Source: Chiloscyllium plagiosum
Taxonomy: Eukaryota
DNA length: 64,000 nucleotides
NCBI RefSeq assembly: GCF_004010195.1
Contig: NC_057718.1
Location: 54,199,585 to 54,263,584 of the forward strand
Direction of reading: 5' to 3'
Part shown: one piece after another, positions 13,103 to 25,395 of the stretch
Layout of the letters: the number at the start of each line of letters is the position of its first letter
Position numbering within the stretch: position 1 is the first letter of the stretch
The notes under the pieces: generated by a model
Told to the model about the DNA's origin: nothing
The model's input: only the letters and a program-made list of their open reading frames with translations
Databases searched by the model: none
Made by a program: the position numbers and the translations under genes

Positions 13103-14154
13103 GACACGATGGCTCAGTGGTTAGCACTACTACCTCTCAATGCCAGGGACTCTGAACAAAGAGACCTTGGAGTGCAGGTTCATAGCTCCTTGAAATTGGA
13201 GTTGCAGGTAGACAGGATAGTGAAAAAGTCATTTGGCATGCTTTTCTTTATTGGTCAGTGTATTGAGTACAGGAGTTGGGAGGTCATGTTGTGGCTGTAC
13301 AGGACATTGGTTAGGCCACTGTTGGAATATTACATGCACTTCTGGTCTCCTTCCTATCAGAAAGATGTTGTGAAACTTGAAAGGGTTCAGAAAAGATTTA
13401 TAAGCATGTTGGAGGATTTGAGCTATAAGGAGAGGTTGAATAGGCTAGGGCTGTTTTCTTTGGAGTACAGAGGCTGAGGGGTGACCTTTTAGAGGTTTAT
13501 AAAATCATGAGGGTCATGGATAGGATAAATAAACAAAGTCTTTTCCCTGAGGCGGGGGAGTCCAGAACTAGAGGGCATAGGGTGAGAGGGGAAAGATATA
13601 AAAAAGACCTAAGGGGCAACTTTTCACTCAGAGGATGGTGCATGTATGAAATGAGCTGCCAGAGGAAGTGGTGGAGGCTAGTACAATTGCAACATTTAAA
13701 AGACTTCTGGATGGATATATGAATAGGAAGGGTTTGGAAGGATATGGGCCATGTGCAGGCAGGTGGGACTAGATTGGGTTGGGATATCTGATCATCATGG
13801 ACAAGTTGGACCGAAGGGTCTGTTTCTGTGCTGTACTTCTTTATGACTCTATGACTCAAGTTCAATTCCATCCTCGGGCGACTGTGTGGAGCTTGCACAT
13901 TCTCCCCATGCCTGCATGGGTTTCATTCAGGTACTCTGGTTTCCTCACAAAGTCCAAAGATGTGCATGTTAGGTGGATTAGTCATGCTTAATTGTCCATA
14001 GTATCCAGGTATGTGTGGGCTAGATGGATTAGCCATGGTAAATGCAGTATTATAGAGTAGTGGTGTGGGTATGGGTGGGATGCTGTTTGGAAAATCAGTG
14101 TGTACTTGATGGGCCAAATGGCCTGTTTCCATACTACAGGGATTCTATGATTCT
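13103..14154 (+). mobile_element. HE1 SINE interrupted by a CR1 insertion
   Basis: SINE head at 13103-13152 resumes at 13858 (aagttcaattcc). Confidence 0.85.
13153..13857 (+). mobile_element. 5'-truncated CR1 LINE
   Basis: RT C-terminus (QRDLGVQVH, LYRTLVRPLLEY), (GACTCTAT)n tail, GACTC at both junctions. Confidence 0.9.
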
Positions 14155-14359
14155 CTTGCATTCAAATGACATTCATTTAGATTAGAAATTTTGACAAGTC
14201 ACTCACTACTCAAGGTCATTCTGCGTTATCTTGTGTTGGAATGGACAGTTTAAAATATTAGCTTTCTTTAAAGCCTTACATTTGTAACGAAGTAGGTAAT
14301 GTGACATTATCTGCTTTACACCTCAAAAGGATGGAATAAGATATCTTCTGCGGTGAAAA

Positions 14360-14446
14360 TTAGATTAGATTAGATGAGTCGGGAATTGAACCCGGGTCTC
14401 TGGCGCTGTGAGGCAGCAGTGCTAACCACTGTGCCACCGTGCCGCC
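14360..14446 (-). mobile_element. Minimal HE1 SINE derivative (tRNA head fused to tail)
   Basis: Head is near-identical to 55530-55600 and joins directly to a (TCTAA)n tail. Confidence 0.75.
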
Positions 14447-15110
14447 TAGAAAGAGAAGTCCAAACAGCCTTGGAGGACAGCCAGGAATATAGATCATTGA
14501 CATGTCGGGAACAGGTACAGAAAATAATCAAAAAGGTTAAAAGAATGTTGGTCTTTATATCTATAAGAAAACTGCAGCTACATAGAGCCATGGTTGGAGC
14601 ACTTTTGGATTACTGTGTGCACTCTAAGCATCAAATCTCAGGGAAGATGTGTTGGTCTTGGAGGTACTGCTGTGCAGATTAACCTGAATGGACCCTGGAT
14701 TCCAAAGTATGAAAATAGATTATGAAAATTAGTGTTGTAATCCCTTGAGATTAAAATGTTCAGGAGTTATTCGCTCACAACTTATGACATTAAGAGAACA
14801 AGATTGGGCGTATATGGAGAAACCAATTCCATTACTTTTGAACTCAAAGACTTAAAAAACATGGTTGAAAAACAAGAGACAGGCTGTTCATAATGCAATT
14901 AGGAAGTATATCTGCACAGGAATGCATTTTGGAAGTCTCTTCATCAAACAGTAATTGATGCGAGATGAGATTGATAGTGTTTTGTTCATCAAAACTGTTA
15001 TGAGACATGGCGCAAAGGGATGAAGTTGGGTCACAGATCAGCCACTATCTTATTGAATAGTGGAACAGATTAGCATGGCTAAATAATCTCCTCCTGTTGC
15101 TACATTCCTT
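14447..15110 (+). mobile_element. Highly degenerate CR1 3' fragment
   Basis: QVQKIIKKVKRMLVFIS..LHRAMV..LDYCVH; tail resembles atcagccatgatcttattgaat. Confidence 0.55.
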
Positions 15111-15199
15111 ACAGGTGAAACCATGAGCTGGCAACATGTTAATAACTAGATTTGCGTGGCAGGAGCACTCTCCTGTACACTCTGCATTGACAAAAATTT

Positions 15200-15330
15200 T
15201 ATCTTTCAGATAAGATGCTGAACTGAGACCTCATCTGCCCTCTTAAGGTGGATCCCATGAAACTATTCCATTTTAAGTTAGATATTCTTTCAAGGCTCCT
15301 CACCAACATACATGCCAACCAACATCATCA
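15200..15330 (+). mobile_element. DeuSINE (SacSINE1/AmnSINE1-like) central-domain remnant
   Basis: tttcagataagatgctgaactgagacctcatctgccctc..ggtggatcccatg resembles the Deu domain as I recall it; not aligned. Confidence 0.45.
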
Positions 15331-16161
15331 AAAAGAATCTCAATGGCAGGATGTTATATGCCCCTCCTGGGTGTGTTTTCAAGAGAGGGGTGCACATGAA
15401 ATAGAAAATGTGCCCAGCCCATCATGTTCCAACATAGCTAGCTCTAAGCTCACTACTACAATGAAGGTAGTGGGAGGATCCCAAAGACAGCAGCCCACCG
15501 ACCATGTCAAAACGCATAGTGAAGAGTGAACTGAGAGCTGAAAGCTCAATTCACCCCTATGGGAATCTGCCCATACCAATACTCTAACTCTGTCTATCTT
15601 TATTAGAAATGCAAACAGGCTCTAGTTGATGCAACTTCATTTTTAAATCTGGCAGTTTGGAAGAAGGATAACTGATTAGAAAATAAGCTTTTAAAATGTG
15701 CTCAAACAGCATCTCCAATCTATTAAGCTAATTTCAGAGAAACAAAAACAGAGAAAAAACACCAGGAAAATGCCATTTATATAAGTAAAATGCTTATCTG
15801 TTTACAGTGATTGCTTAGTTCTGCCACATTTTCCCGTCTCTCCCCAGAAAAGACACAAAGACAAAGAGAAACATTGAGTCTGGCATTGCAACTCACTCAT
15901 TTTGGGCACAAGTGCTACACATAGCACTAGCATGTAACTATTAAAGACCTAGTAAATCTTGAAGTTGGAATGACAAAAAAGAAGAGAAAAGCATAAAAAA
16001 AAAGGAAAAGTGCCATACTATTTTTCAGATACTTATTCCTGTTTTAGACAGCATACAGCCACAAAAAACAAAAATGGAATTCAAACATCTCACCATGAAC
16101 TTGCAATCCATTGACATTCTGTCAGAGCTTCAGTTCTTCAAAGAAAGACTCAATCTTTACC

Positions 16162-16185
16162 ATATATATATATATATATATATAT
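16162..16185. repeat. (AT)n microsatellite
   Basis: Directly visible. Confidence 0.9.
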
Positions 16186-16199
16186 AGCCCAATAACTGA

Positions 16200-17400
16200 A
16201 TCTACGTCCCTAGCCAAGCTCTTCCAGTATAGCTCCAACACTGACATCTATCCAACGATGTAAAGAATTTCCCAGGTATGACCTTTCACAAAAAACAGGG
16301 TAAATCCAACCAAAGACATTACTACCCATGAGTCTACTGTTAATCATCAGTAGACCGATGAAGTGGTCATCAATAGTGCTATCAAGTGCAATGACGCTCA
16401 CTTTTGGTTCTGTCAGGGCCACACAACTAGCGACGTTGTTCTAGCTCTGATTCAAACATGGACAAAAGGAATTAATTCAAGAGTTGAAATGAGAGTAATT
16501 GTCCTTGACATAAAGCATTTGACTGAGTGTGGCATCAGGGAGACCTTGGCAAAACTGGAGTCAATGGACAATGGGGAAAACTCTCCATTGATTGGAGAAA
16601 TATATATGGGAAAAAGGAAGATGGTAATAGTGTTTGCAGGTCAGTCAACTCATTTCTTGGACAGCTTCAGGAGTTCTTTATTTTAGTTGCCCAGGCCCAA
16701 ACTCTTCATCAATGACATTTGTCGCATCATAAGGTTAGAAATGGGGAAATTCATTGATGATTGTACAATGTTCAGAACCATTTGCAAATCCTCAGGTACT
16801 AAAGCAATCCATGTTCAAAAGCAGCAAGACCTGGAAAATATCCAGCTGTGGGGTTACAAGTGGTAAGTAATACAAACACAAGACAAAGACCATCTCTAAT
16901 GAGAGAATATAACCATTGGCCCTTGTCATTCAATGGTATTGCCACTACTGCATTCCCCACTATCAATCACATGGAAGTTACATTGATTAGCCATATAAAT
17001 GCAATGGTTACAAGAGCAGGTGAGAGGATAGAAATATAGCAGTGAGCAATTCTTCCAGGCTTCCTAAAGCCTGCCCCTATTTATAAGGCATGAATCAGAA
17101 ATATGATGGGATTCTTACCACTTTCCTGGATGAGTAAAGCTCCAACAACACTCAAGAAGCTTGACACCATACAGGATAAAGCAATGTATTTGATTGGTGC
17201 CACATCCACAAGTGTCTATTCCCTCCACCATCAATGTTTTGGAGCAGCAATGTGTGCCACCTACAAGATACGCTGCAGAAATTCACCAAGATTCCTTAGT
17301 GAGTACCTTCCAAATCCCCAACAACTTCCTTACAGAAGGACAAGAAAAGCAGATACACAGGATCACCACCATCTTCAAGTTCCCCTCCAAGCCACTTATC
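16200..17400 (+). mobile_element. LINE family B (CR1/L2 group, clade uncertain), RT and 3' fragment
   Basis: FCQGHTTSDVVLALIQTWTK..VIVLDIK and APTTLKKLDTIQDKA; homologous to 40550-41460 and 62240-63180. Confidence 0.75.
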
Positions 17401-19227
17401 CTCTTGCTGCCAGCATGTGCTCACAGCTGTTTTAAATGCCAGGCCTCACTTTTATACCATATAGGACAGTGATGGGCAGAGAATGACTACTTCCATGTGG
17501 TTGATAGTGGGGGATTCATTAGTGGCAATACCATTGAATGACAAGGGCCAATGGTTATATTCTCTCATGTTAGAAATGGTCTTTGTCTTGTGTTTGTATT
17601 ACTTACCACTTGTAAACCCACAGCTGGATATTTTCCAGGTCTTGCTGCTTTTGAACATGGATTACTTTAGTACCTGAGGATTTGCAAATGGTGCTGAACA
17701 TTGTACACAAACTCTGATAGCCCTTATTCACCCAGCAACACCCAGATAAGTAAGAACTTGGGTTTCCATTGGTCTCACAGTAGGATCAATAAGTATCTGG
17801 GGCAGAGGAGACATGATGTTCATAAAGGCCGTAACGCTCTTCGGTTCCCCCCATCCTTCAATTAGGGCCCTATCAACTTTGACTGAGTAGCTTAGCTGCC
17901 TGTCTAGAAATTTGGAGAAAAGCCAGGTTAAAAATCCTCCCAAAGGCTTTGATTCAGGTATACGTTTAGTTGAGATTTATGTTGAATGCCCACCCCTGAA
18001 TTTGAGTTTGCCATTAAGCTTACAGACATCAAACTTTCCAAAAAAGATCAGCATTGTTTTATCTTAATTTGGCACAAGTTTGAAAGGTCTGCCTACAGTT
18101 GAGAATAAAATGTGCAAAGTCTGGTGGTTTTTCAGCTTTGAGAATGTCACTTTATGAAATAATCATTTCAGCTTCCTGATTGTCAGGACTAAAGTTGCCA
18201 CATTCATGGTGAGCAAGGGAACAAAAGAGACCACTGATAATTAATGTGTTGTTCAGCAGAAGACTATACATGCGAGAGCTTTCACTTTGAAATATTTGAT
18301 TTAGACGTGTTAAGGTGCTGAAAATGAAGACAGATTATATCTTCTCCAAGCTCCTCTTCACTGCAGAGATGATTGTATCTTAATGACTCTTGATAGCTCC
18401 ATCTGAAAGAGCTTTTTGATCACTAGGTCATTTTACCTGGGAATGTCATAGCATACCAAAGCTGATAATGTTTGTCTTGGACACCTGTCATCAAGTAACT
18501 ATAAGATGGTTATTTAAAGCTAGAGGATGCATTGAGACAAGTGGGATATTTCGCAAATTTACATTTTGTACCTTCAATATTTTTTGCTTCAAAAATTAAA
18601 ATAACAATTTAGCAAAGTGCCACTTCATTAAAGATGATGGGATGAATCTTAACCTGCATGAGCAGGTGTGTATGGGAGCAGGTTGGGGTTAAAAGCACAT
18701 GGTTTTGCATTGAAATTAGAAACCAGTTCCACTGAATTCTGCTTTTAAATGCAACAGGATAATTTGTATACAAGCAGCTGGAAGCTGACACATTTCCTGG
18801 AAGCTGACAGTCAAAGTGAATCAGGAACACAGCATCAATTAATGAGAGACAGGAGGAAAGAGGGAGATTGAAAATGTTACAAGAGATCATGCCAACAGTA
18901 CTCACCTGACAGATGCTTGTTTGTGTGTGAAATCTTTTGTTTGCTTGGGTTGAGACGCTATGTTTCACAATTTTAGAGGTCCATATGTCTCATTTCCACT
19001 CTGAGCTTCTGATTTACCAGATCAGCATGAATAATGCTTATGCTGCTTCACTTTGGACCTTAGATGATACCATGATGACCAGCAGATTCGACAAGAGAGG
19101 AAGGAAAAATGCCTATGATGCACCATCAAAAAAAGCAGCAAAAATGGTGTAACTGGCTTTACAAATGACAATTTGGTTACTGTGGTGGTCAGTCACTGAA
19201 GATATTCACAAGAGGCTGCCAATATGC

Positions 19228-19551
19228 TTAGAATCATAGATTCCCTACAGTATGAAAGCAGGCTATTCAACCCTTTGAGTCCACACTGACCCTCCAAAGA
19301 GCATTCCACCCAGACCCACACTTCTACCCTATCCCTGTAATGCTGCATTTCCCCACCTATACACATTGGGCAATTTAGCATGGCAATTTACCTAACCTGC
19401 ACATGTTTGGACTATGAGAGGAAACTGAAGCACGTAGAGGGAGACGCAGGGCGAAGGTGCAAACTCCACACAGACAGTCGCCCAAGGGTGAAATCGAACC
19501 CCTGTTCCCAGTGCTCTGAGGCATCAGTGCTAACCACTGAGCCACCGTGCC
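19228..19551 (-). mobile_element. HE1-type SINE
   Basis: Reverse complement of the SINE head, core and tail. Confidence 0.88.
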
Positions 19552-21535
19552 AGCTCTTCTAATAAAACAATATGAAGGTTTATTGTACATAACTGTGGAA
19601 AATGAACTATTTTATAGTAAAGAAGAACTAAGTGAAACAATCTTATTCCAAATATCACAAATAGAGATTCAACCATTTTACCCCAACAAGAACCCTCAGA
19701 GGTACTCAAACCTCAGTGAATGCTCATCCTACATCCACTTTAAATTACTTTGTTCAGTTGCCAGGGCTATAATTGGTTTCTTTCCAGCAAAGGTCTGCAT
19801 TCACTCGATGATGTCTACATTGGTTAATGTCTCTTCATGACAGCCTTAAACAAACTGTTAACACAGCACAGTTATTCCTTAGCATGGGCTCCTTTAAACT
19901 CATTTATTCAACAGCCTTGTGGAATGCCTTCCTCACTAATACCTTCATGCCTTCGGATTCTGAAATGTTTCTCTCACTAACTTCTAAATGAATCAGGACA
20001 TCTCTTTCTGCCTGCATATTTTCGAGACTCCTAAAATAGGAGTCCTGTACTGTTGATGTTACAGGATGTTTCTCTCTGAATGAGCTGCTTTTCTCTTAAA
20101 GAAGCTTACTAACCTTCTGGATGATTCTCTCTTTTTGTAAAAGAAGCTCATTTCTGTCCCTGTATCCTTGTTCAGTAGGATACCTTGTTGGCAGGCAATA
20201 GCACATTATTTTTGTTATCTTAAAACTTTATTTTCTAAACTCAAAAATTATTCAATTTTTTTTAAAAGGCTCATTTATTTGCATTGAAACAACTTTACAA
20301 ACACCAGTTACCACTCAGAACTCAAAATGAAATTAAAACAATAACTTATCCTTCTTAACCCATACAGCATAGTAATACAAATGAAACTTACATAGTTCTG
20401 TCCATTCTAGAACCCAATTTGCCAAATAATCATCATCACAATAGGAACAGCAAGCACAATAAATCCCACTTCTCAGATTGTAGCTTTATCGAAGAAAGGG
20501 AATGGCCAGATAGAAGTACTGCTCACATGACACCATATCAAGATACATTGCATCATCTCTGAAAACTAGTGTTTCAGACGATTCAGCATCTCCTATTGGT
20601 TAGTGGTAAAAATTTGCCACCTGCTGGAACAAGACCTGGTGCTAAATGGACCTGGTGGCATGCTTTTCCAGTATGTTAGCTACCAGGTTGTCAAAGTCAC
20701 CACCCCGTCAACTTATTTGACTTGGCTCTGCAGAATGCCTTTACAAACTCTCTCAATCAGCAGCTCATATAATGCATAAAAAGAGGTGACTGGATGTTTG
20801 GTTTTTCTAAAATAACATCTATTTTACCAATGATGCCAGTCAAGGAGAGAGAATGCTTGGTTTTGTAGGTCTGGCTAATGTTGAACAGCCTGCTGACTGC
20901 ATGCAGGTTACAAGTAAGGTTACCCTCAATCACCCAGGCACATTCATCAAATTCAAGGGTGCCTTTTTCACAATATGTTGCTGATGTATATCTCATAGAA
21001 GAGGTATATTTAGGTAATTTGTTTTAATATAATAAAATGTTCGAAGGCTTTTCAGAAGTGTGCTATAAAACAAAACTTGACAGTAAGTCACATAAGGAGA
21101 TATTAGCAAGGACTGCCACATCAGAAGATTATGCAGCAACATCCATCCACTGCACCTGTAAAACACTTCGATAGATATTGGTTGGGAACTGAATTAAAGC
21201 CAAGAGTGATGTTTCATATTTGAATAGCTCACCAGCCTTTACTGCTCACACGTGAAGATGATCACATACCAAGGGAAGGAATGGTACCTGAAACCTGAGG
21301 TGGTATATTCCAATGTAAATGGATTCTTCCGAAAGGAAGAACAAGAAAATAAAACAATGAAGGGCACACATTGTATAAAATAAGTCATAATTTATGAAAC
21401 AAATGAAAGCAGTAACTTCAAAAGCAATGTTTTATTATTAAATATGCTGTTAATTCTTCTTCATAATCTGGCATCGATGAACATATGAATATACAGACTA
21501 GGAGCATGAATAGGAGTCCCTGGAGCCTATGTGGA

Positions 21536-22700
21536 TAACCCATGATTACGTAATTTGGCCCTGGGTGCTGAGGGTGAAAATCATCTAATCAAATGAGGTA
21601 AGTTTCTTGATAAGAAGGTCGACATCCCAAAATGGTTCTATCCATCCAATAACTGGGAAAATATTAATGCCGTTAGGGGAATCATAATGAAAGTGGGTGT
21701 TGTTCCCCTCTCCACATTGAGTTTGAATTCCAGTGGTAATAGGGATACATTTTTCATTAAGGCATACACACGAGATGCGAGGTCCTTCAGAAAAGCAGTG
21801 ACGACTAATACATTTAATCATAGCACAGGGAATAATTTTAGGCACTCTTACATAAGCGCACCCCCACACCTTACCATTGTAGCAATTTAGATAGAATATT
21901 GCAGATTTATTGGAAGAAGTCCATAATCAAATAGCAGGTGGAGATAGGTAATAGCTAAAAGAGATATTATGTCCTGTAAATACTTTCGTACCATTCTGTA
22001 TGCCCATGTTAGAATTTGGAAGGATTAAAGGGGTCAGGGAGTCTCTTGCTGAAGTAAGGGCATAACAAAATTACTTAATTCTCTCCAAATATTTTATTGT
22101 GGGTTTCTAGAAACAAATTGTTAGTGAAGGATAACATCCCCCCTTTGTCTCTTTTACCACGTGATCTATCTGAAAGGGGACAAGGCTTATCAGGGATGCC
22201 CATAGTACAAATGTAATCAAACTGGCACACAATACCTTTATAGGGTAAAGACCATTTAGACTTGTTCTGAAAAATGAACTGTTAATCTTTTTGATGCAAT
22301 TGACCACGGCAATAGTCATTCTTGGCAACATTCAGATTTTCGGCACACAAGGACATCTTCCTGGCATAGTTCGTACACAGTCTGTGTTTGCTCAGGATCG
22401 CACAGGTAAACTGTCCCTTCTTGAGCACCAATGCTGGCAATGCCAAGTCCACACAGCAGGTCAAGTTCGATCTTTATCATCTTCCCCCTTGCAATGTTGG
22501 AGACTGCAGAGTGTCCATTGTAATAAAGTAGAAACCATTTCTTCCTTTTTTATAAGTATATACAATATACACATAGTCGATTAAAATAGGCAGCAGCAAA
22601 AAAGTAATACAAACTAATCTAGTAGAGGTCACCCATATTATGTTTTGAGTATCACGGGAGTACCTTATTTGAGGCCATAATTTGTGCTCTTCAGCAGGCT
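21536..22700 (-). pseudogene. env: Cys-rich env SU-like remnant (inverted block)
   Basis: Cys-rich fragments (CAYVRVPKIIPCAMIKC..CVCLNEKC; CQFDYICTMG..RSRGKRD) with N-glycosylation sequons; position follows pol on the minus strand. Confidence 0.45.
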
Positions 22701-22960
22701 AGAAGTCCTAAGAGTAATTTTGAAATAAACAATTCTCAAATTAATCAAACTCAAATAGCCCACTAGAATAAATACATTGCCCATATTGGCAAACAGCTCA
22801 TTCATTTTAAAGTCTGCACTAGAGATTTCCTTCCTACCCATTATCTTCTTATTTTATATGGAAAAGCCCAGGCATGGGCGAATGAAGCAAACCTATTTCT
22901 ATAAATCCAGCTTTGCTAGGATGTAATACTCTTTGAAGTTTTGCTACTAAAAAACATCTA

Positions 22961-23481
22961 TATTATCTAAAATTTAGATTAGTTCTGCAATATATTGTAT
23001 TCTCATTTTGTAAAAAAAACGTTAATATTGTGCAACAATTAAATGGCTTGATCTATAGCTGTAGTTAACAGTAATTAGAATTAAGTGTAGAAACCTGATG
23101 TTGATTTTGAGCAGAAAAGTTGGTAATGAATATTGGCTGGAGGGCAATGCTGTCCCCAAATTATGGTAACATGACACAAAGCTTTCAAACCACACTGGAA
23201 TTTTTCTAATATTGAGCTAACCCCAGAATTTAGATATTGGTACAATCTCAAATTTATAAGCCATCACTGTTCAGTATTAAATATCTAAGTGAAGATAATA
23301 GCTCAGCCAGACACTTATTTTATATTTAACAAGCTTTAACCTCTGTGTTGCTGGATAGAATTGCATAAAGGTACCTTAATTCAATAAACTAATGACCCTT
23401 ACTTTTTGAACAGACCGCATTTGTCGATTCTTTTATCGATCTCGTACCAAAAGGCCCCTCTTGAGGGGTCTTAGCTCTTCA
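22961..23481 (+). repeat. Solo LTR related to the ERV-B LTR
   Basis: 23330-23481 aligns with 25910-26061 (R-U5, AATAAA, ends ctcttCA). U3 is only weakly similar. Near-TSD tcta/ttta. Confidence 0.7.
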
Positions 23482-23489
23482 TTTAAATT

Positions 23490-23790
23490 TAAATTCTTTA
23501 ACCAATGGGATCAGAATGGGTGTAAGGTTGCCTGCTTGGCAGCTGCATATACTTGCCTACTACTTTGGAAACTGTATCAGTTTCATCAGCATGAGCTGAA
23601 CATCTTGATAACTGTCAGATTGATTGGACAAAATAGCATTACTATAACGCTGCCCCTTTGGGGGTTAAAAATCTTCAATGTTCCCATAAGGCTCTAAAAT
23701 CATGAATCATATTAAAAGCACAATGACGAGTCAGTGTATATTAGTAGCTTTTCCTTTTGATAGGATGAAAGCATGTCAATTCCCAACGAC
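23490..23790 (-). pseudogene. pol: Retroviral RNase H remnant
   Basis: Frameshifted minus-strand reading GKATNI/YTDS..AFNMIHDFRALWEH*RFLTPKG..VQAHADETDTVSK..AAAKQA, matching class I RNase H. Confidence 0.75.
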
Positions 23791-23799
23791 TGCTCTGAG

Positions 23800-24350
23800 T
23801 TAACATTAAAGACACATTACTCCCCATTGGCCACATTTCAATAGTTAAAGCAAGGGCTAGGCATTTATCCCTGGGGTTTTTGATCTCTTGTTGCCAGTCT
23901 CAAAGATGAAATGTTGGAGCCTGCCTGTCCCCATTTTCAGGATGCCCTCAGGAAAAGATTATCCAGCAGTGGTCATCGGGTGGACACATGAGATAGGTTC
24001 CACCCCCAGTGGGTATCCTGGTTCCAATCAACCCTATCAGGGCTGAGATCACGAGGATACTGAATATAATTTGTTTTACCTGTAACTTGCATCATGGTTC
24101 AGTCCGGTTCTGGCCATCCCAATAGAAAACCACCGCTCACCTCATTTGCGACTAAAAATTCCTGGACTGGTTCATACTGTTGGTCTGGATCCTGTCAGTG
24201 ACTCCAGGTGGAAAACATTGCAAAAGCATAGGGTTAAATAAAGGTAATTGAGCTTCTTGATTATTATTCAACTGTTTGTCACTTCCATCAGACAGATAGG
24301 CGCATCTTTCAGTCTTGTAAAACAAGCCATTCATATTCAGGCTACTCCTG
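23800..24350 (-). pseudogene. gag: gag capsid-like remnant
   Basis: MHR-like QQYEPVQEFLV near 24150-24185, upstream of RNase H on the minus strand. Confidence 0.4.
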
Positions 24351-24409
24351 AATTTTACTGCATTTACATTCGCATCATCCTGGGACATATTGAGCAAATG
24401 TGGCCGGTT

Positions 24410-25346
24410 TGGACTTCCAACTAGGGGCATGTTTCATTAACATAACTCTAGTTCCCAGGATGGGACCCGGTTTAGGATGGCGCAGGTCACTCATCCCCAT
24501 GATATCGGCTATGAAGGCTGGATGCTTCATTTTCAAAAAAAAGGAAAGGTTTGTAACAAGTGAGTGATTTAAATTAAGGCTGGGGACAATCGGGAAATGT
24601 TAGGGGCTCAGCAGGTATACAAGAACAAAATTCCAATCCTCAAAAAGAGTCGGTATGCTAGACATAGTCTCAGGATTCAGAGTAGAATCTAAGTTCTTTA
24701 TTTTACTGTGCAGAATGGAAGAATCCAAAGGCCATACCAAGAAGTAAAACACACTCATTGGCATTTGCAGCTCTTAGTGTTCTTTCATTAGGAGGGTCTT
24801 CACAAATTATTAGTCATCAAAACCATAATTATGTCATTTGTGGACTCACAATTTTGTGAAATGAGACAACTGCTGCCTTAATAGAAATTAGGGACATGCT
24901 GTCAGAATTGCCCTTTTAGCCCAACAAAACCAATTACATACTTGTGAAGGAAGGTGGATTTTGTGCTATAGTTAAAGGAAAATGCATTATGGGGGTCACT
25001 GATCTTATCGAAAACATCACTAGACATATCGATAGTATTTGCACTTTTGTCAACCAAATGAATGAAGGTGCAGGACGGGGAGATTGGGGTTTTGGCTTAT
25101 GGTACAACTGGCTAATTAATATGGCTATGTATGGTGCTATTGTTTTAATTGTTTATTTTTGTTGGCATTGCTATAGTTAAGTGTATTATTGCTAAAATAT
25201 TAACTTCTATTGACAATATTGGTTCCACCCAGAAAATGCTTCTTCTCCACTTAAATCATGATGAGGAAGCATCATTGCCTGCCCCTCATTCCCATTCAGA
25301 GGAAAAGGAAGTATTGCAGTCTTTTGCTGCCATTGAATTGGATTAA
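24410..25346 (+). pseudogene. env: env SU C-terminus and TM (frameshifted)
   Basis: Fusion-peptide-like AFAALSVLSLGG, heptad NETTAALIEIRDMLSEL, ISD/CX6C-like QQN..ILVKEGGFCAIVKGKC, then WYNWL and a transmembrane segment. Confidence 0.85.
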
Positions 25347-25395
25347 TTTGAACCGTGCCTTTATGGTGCGGTCATAGAATGACCAAAGGAGGGAA

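Noticed and set aside
19640..20200. Possible minus-strand transposase or pseudogene (SFFKRK...)
   Set aside because: Multiple stops and no motif I could assign with confidence.
24470..24490. Duplication breakpoint coinciding with the ERV inversion breakpoint
   Set aside because: Plus-strand env-like reading (CFINITL) extends left of 24481, so the two breakpoints appear distinct.
24600..24720. Minus-strand LTR R-U5 of a second ERV
   Set aside because: The plus strand reads plausibly as the env SU/TM junction (..LFYCAEWKNP); the AATAAA is probably incidental.
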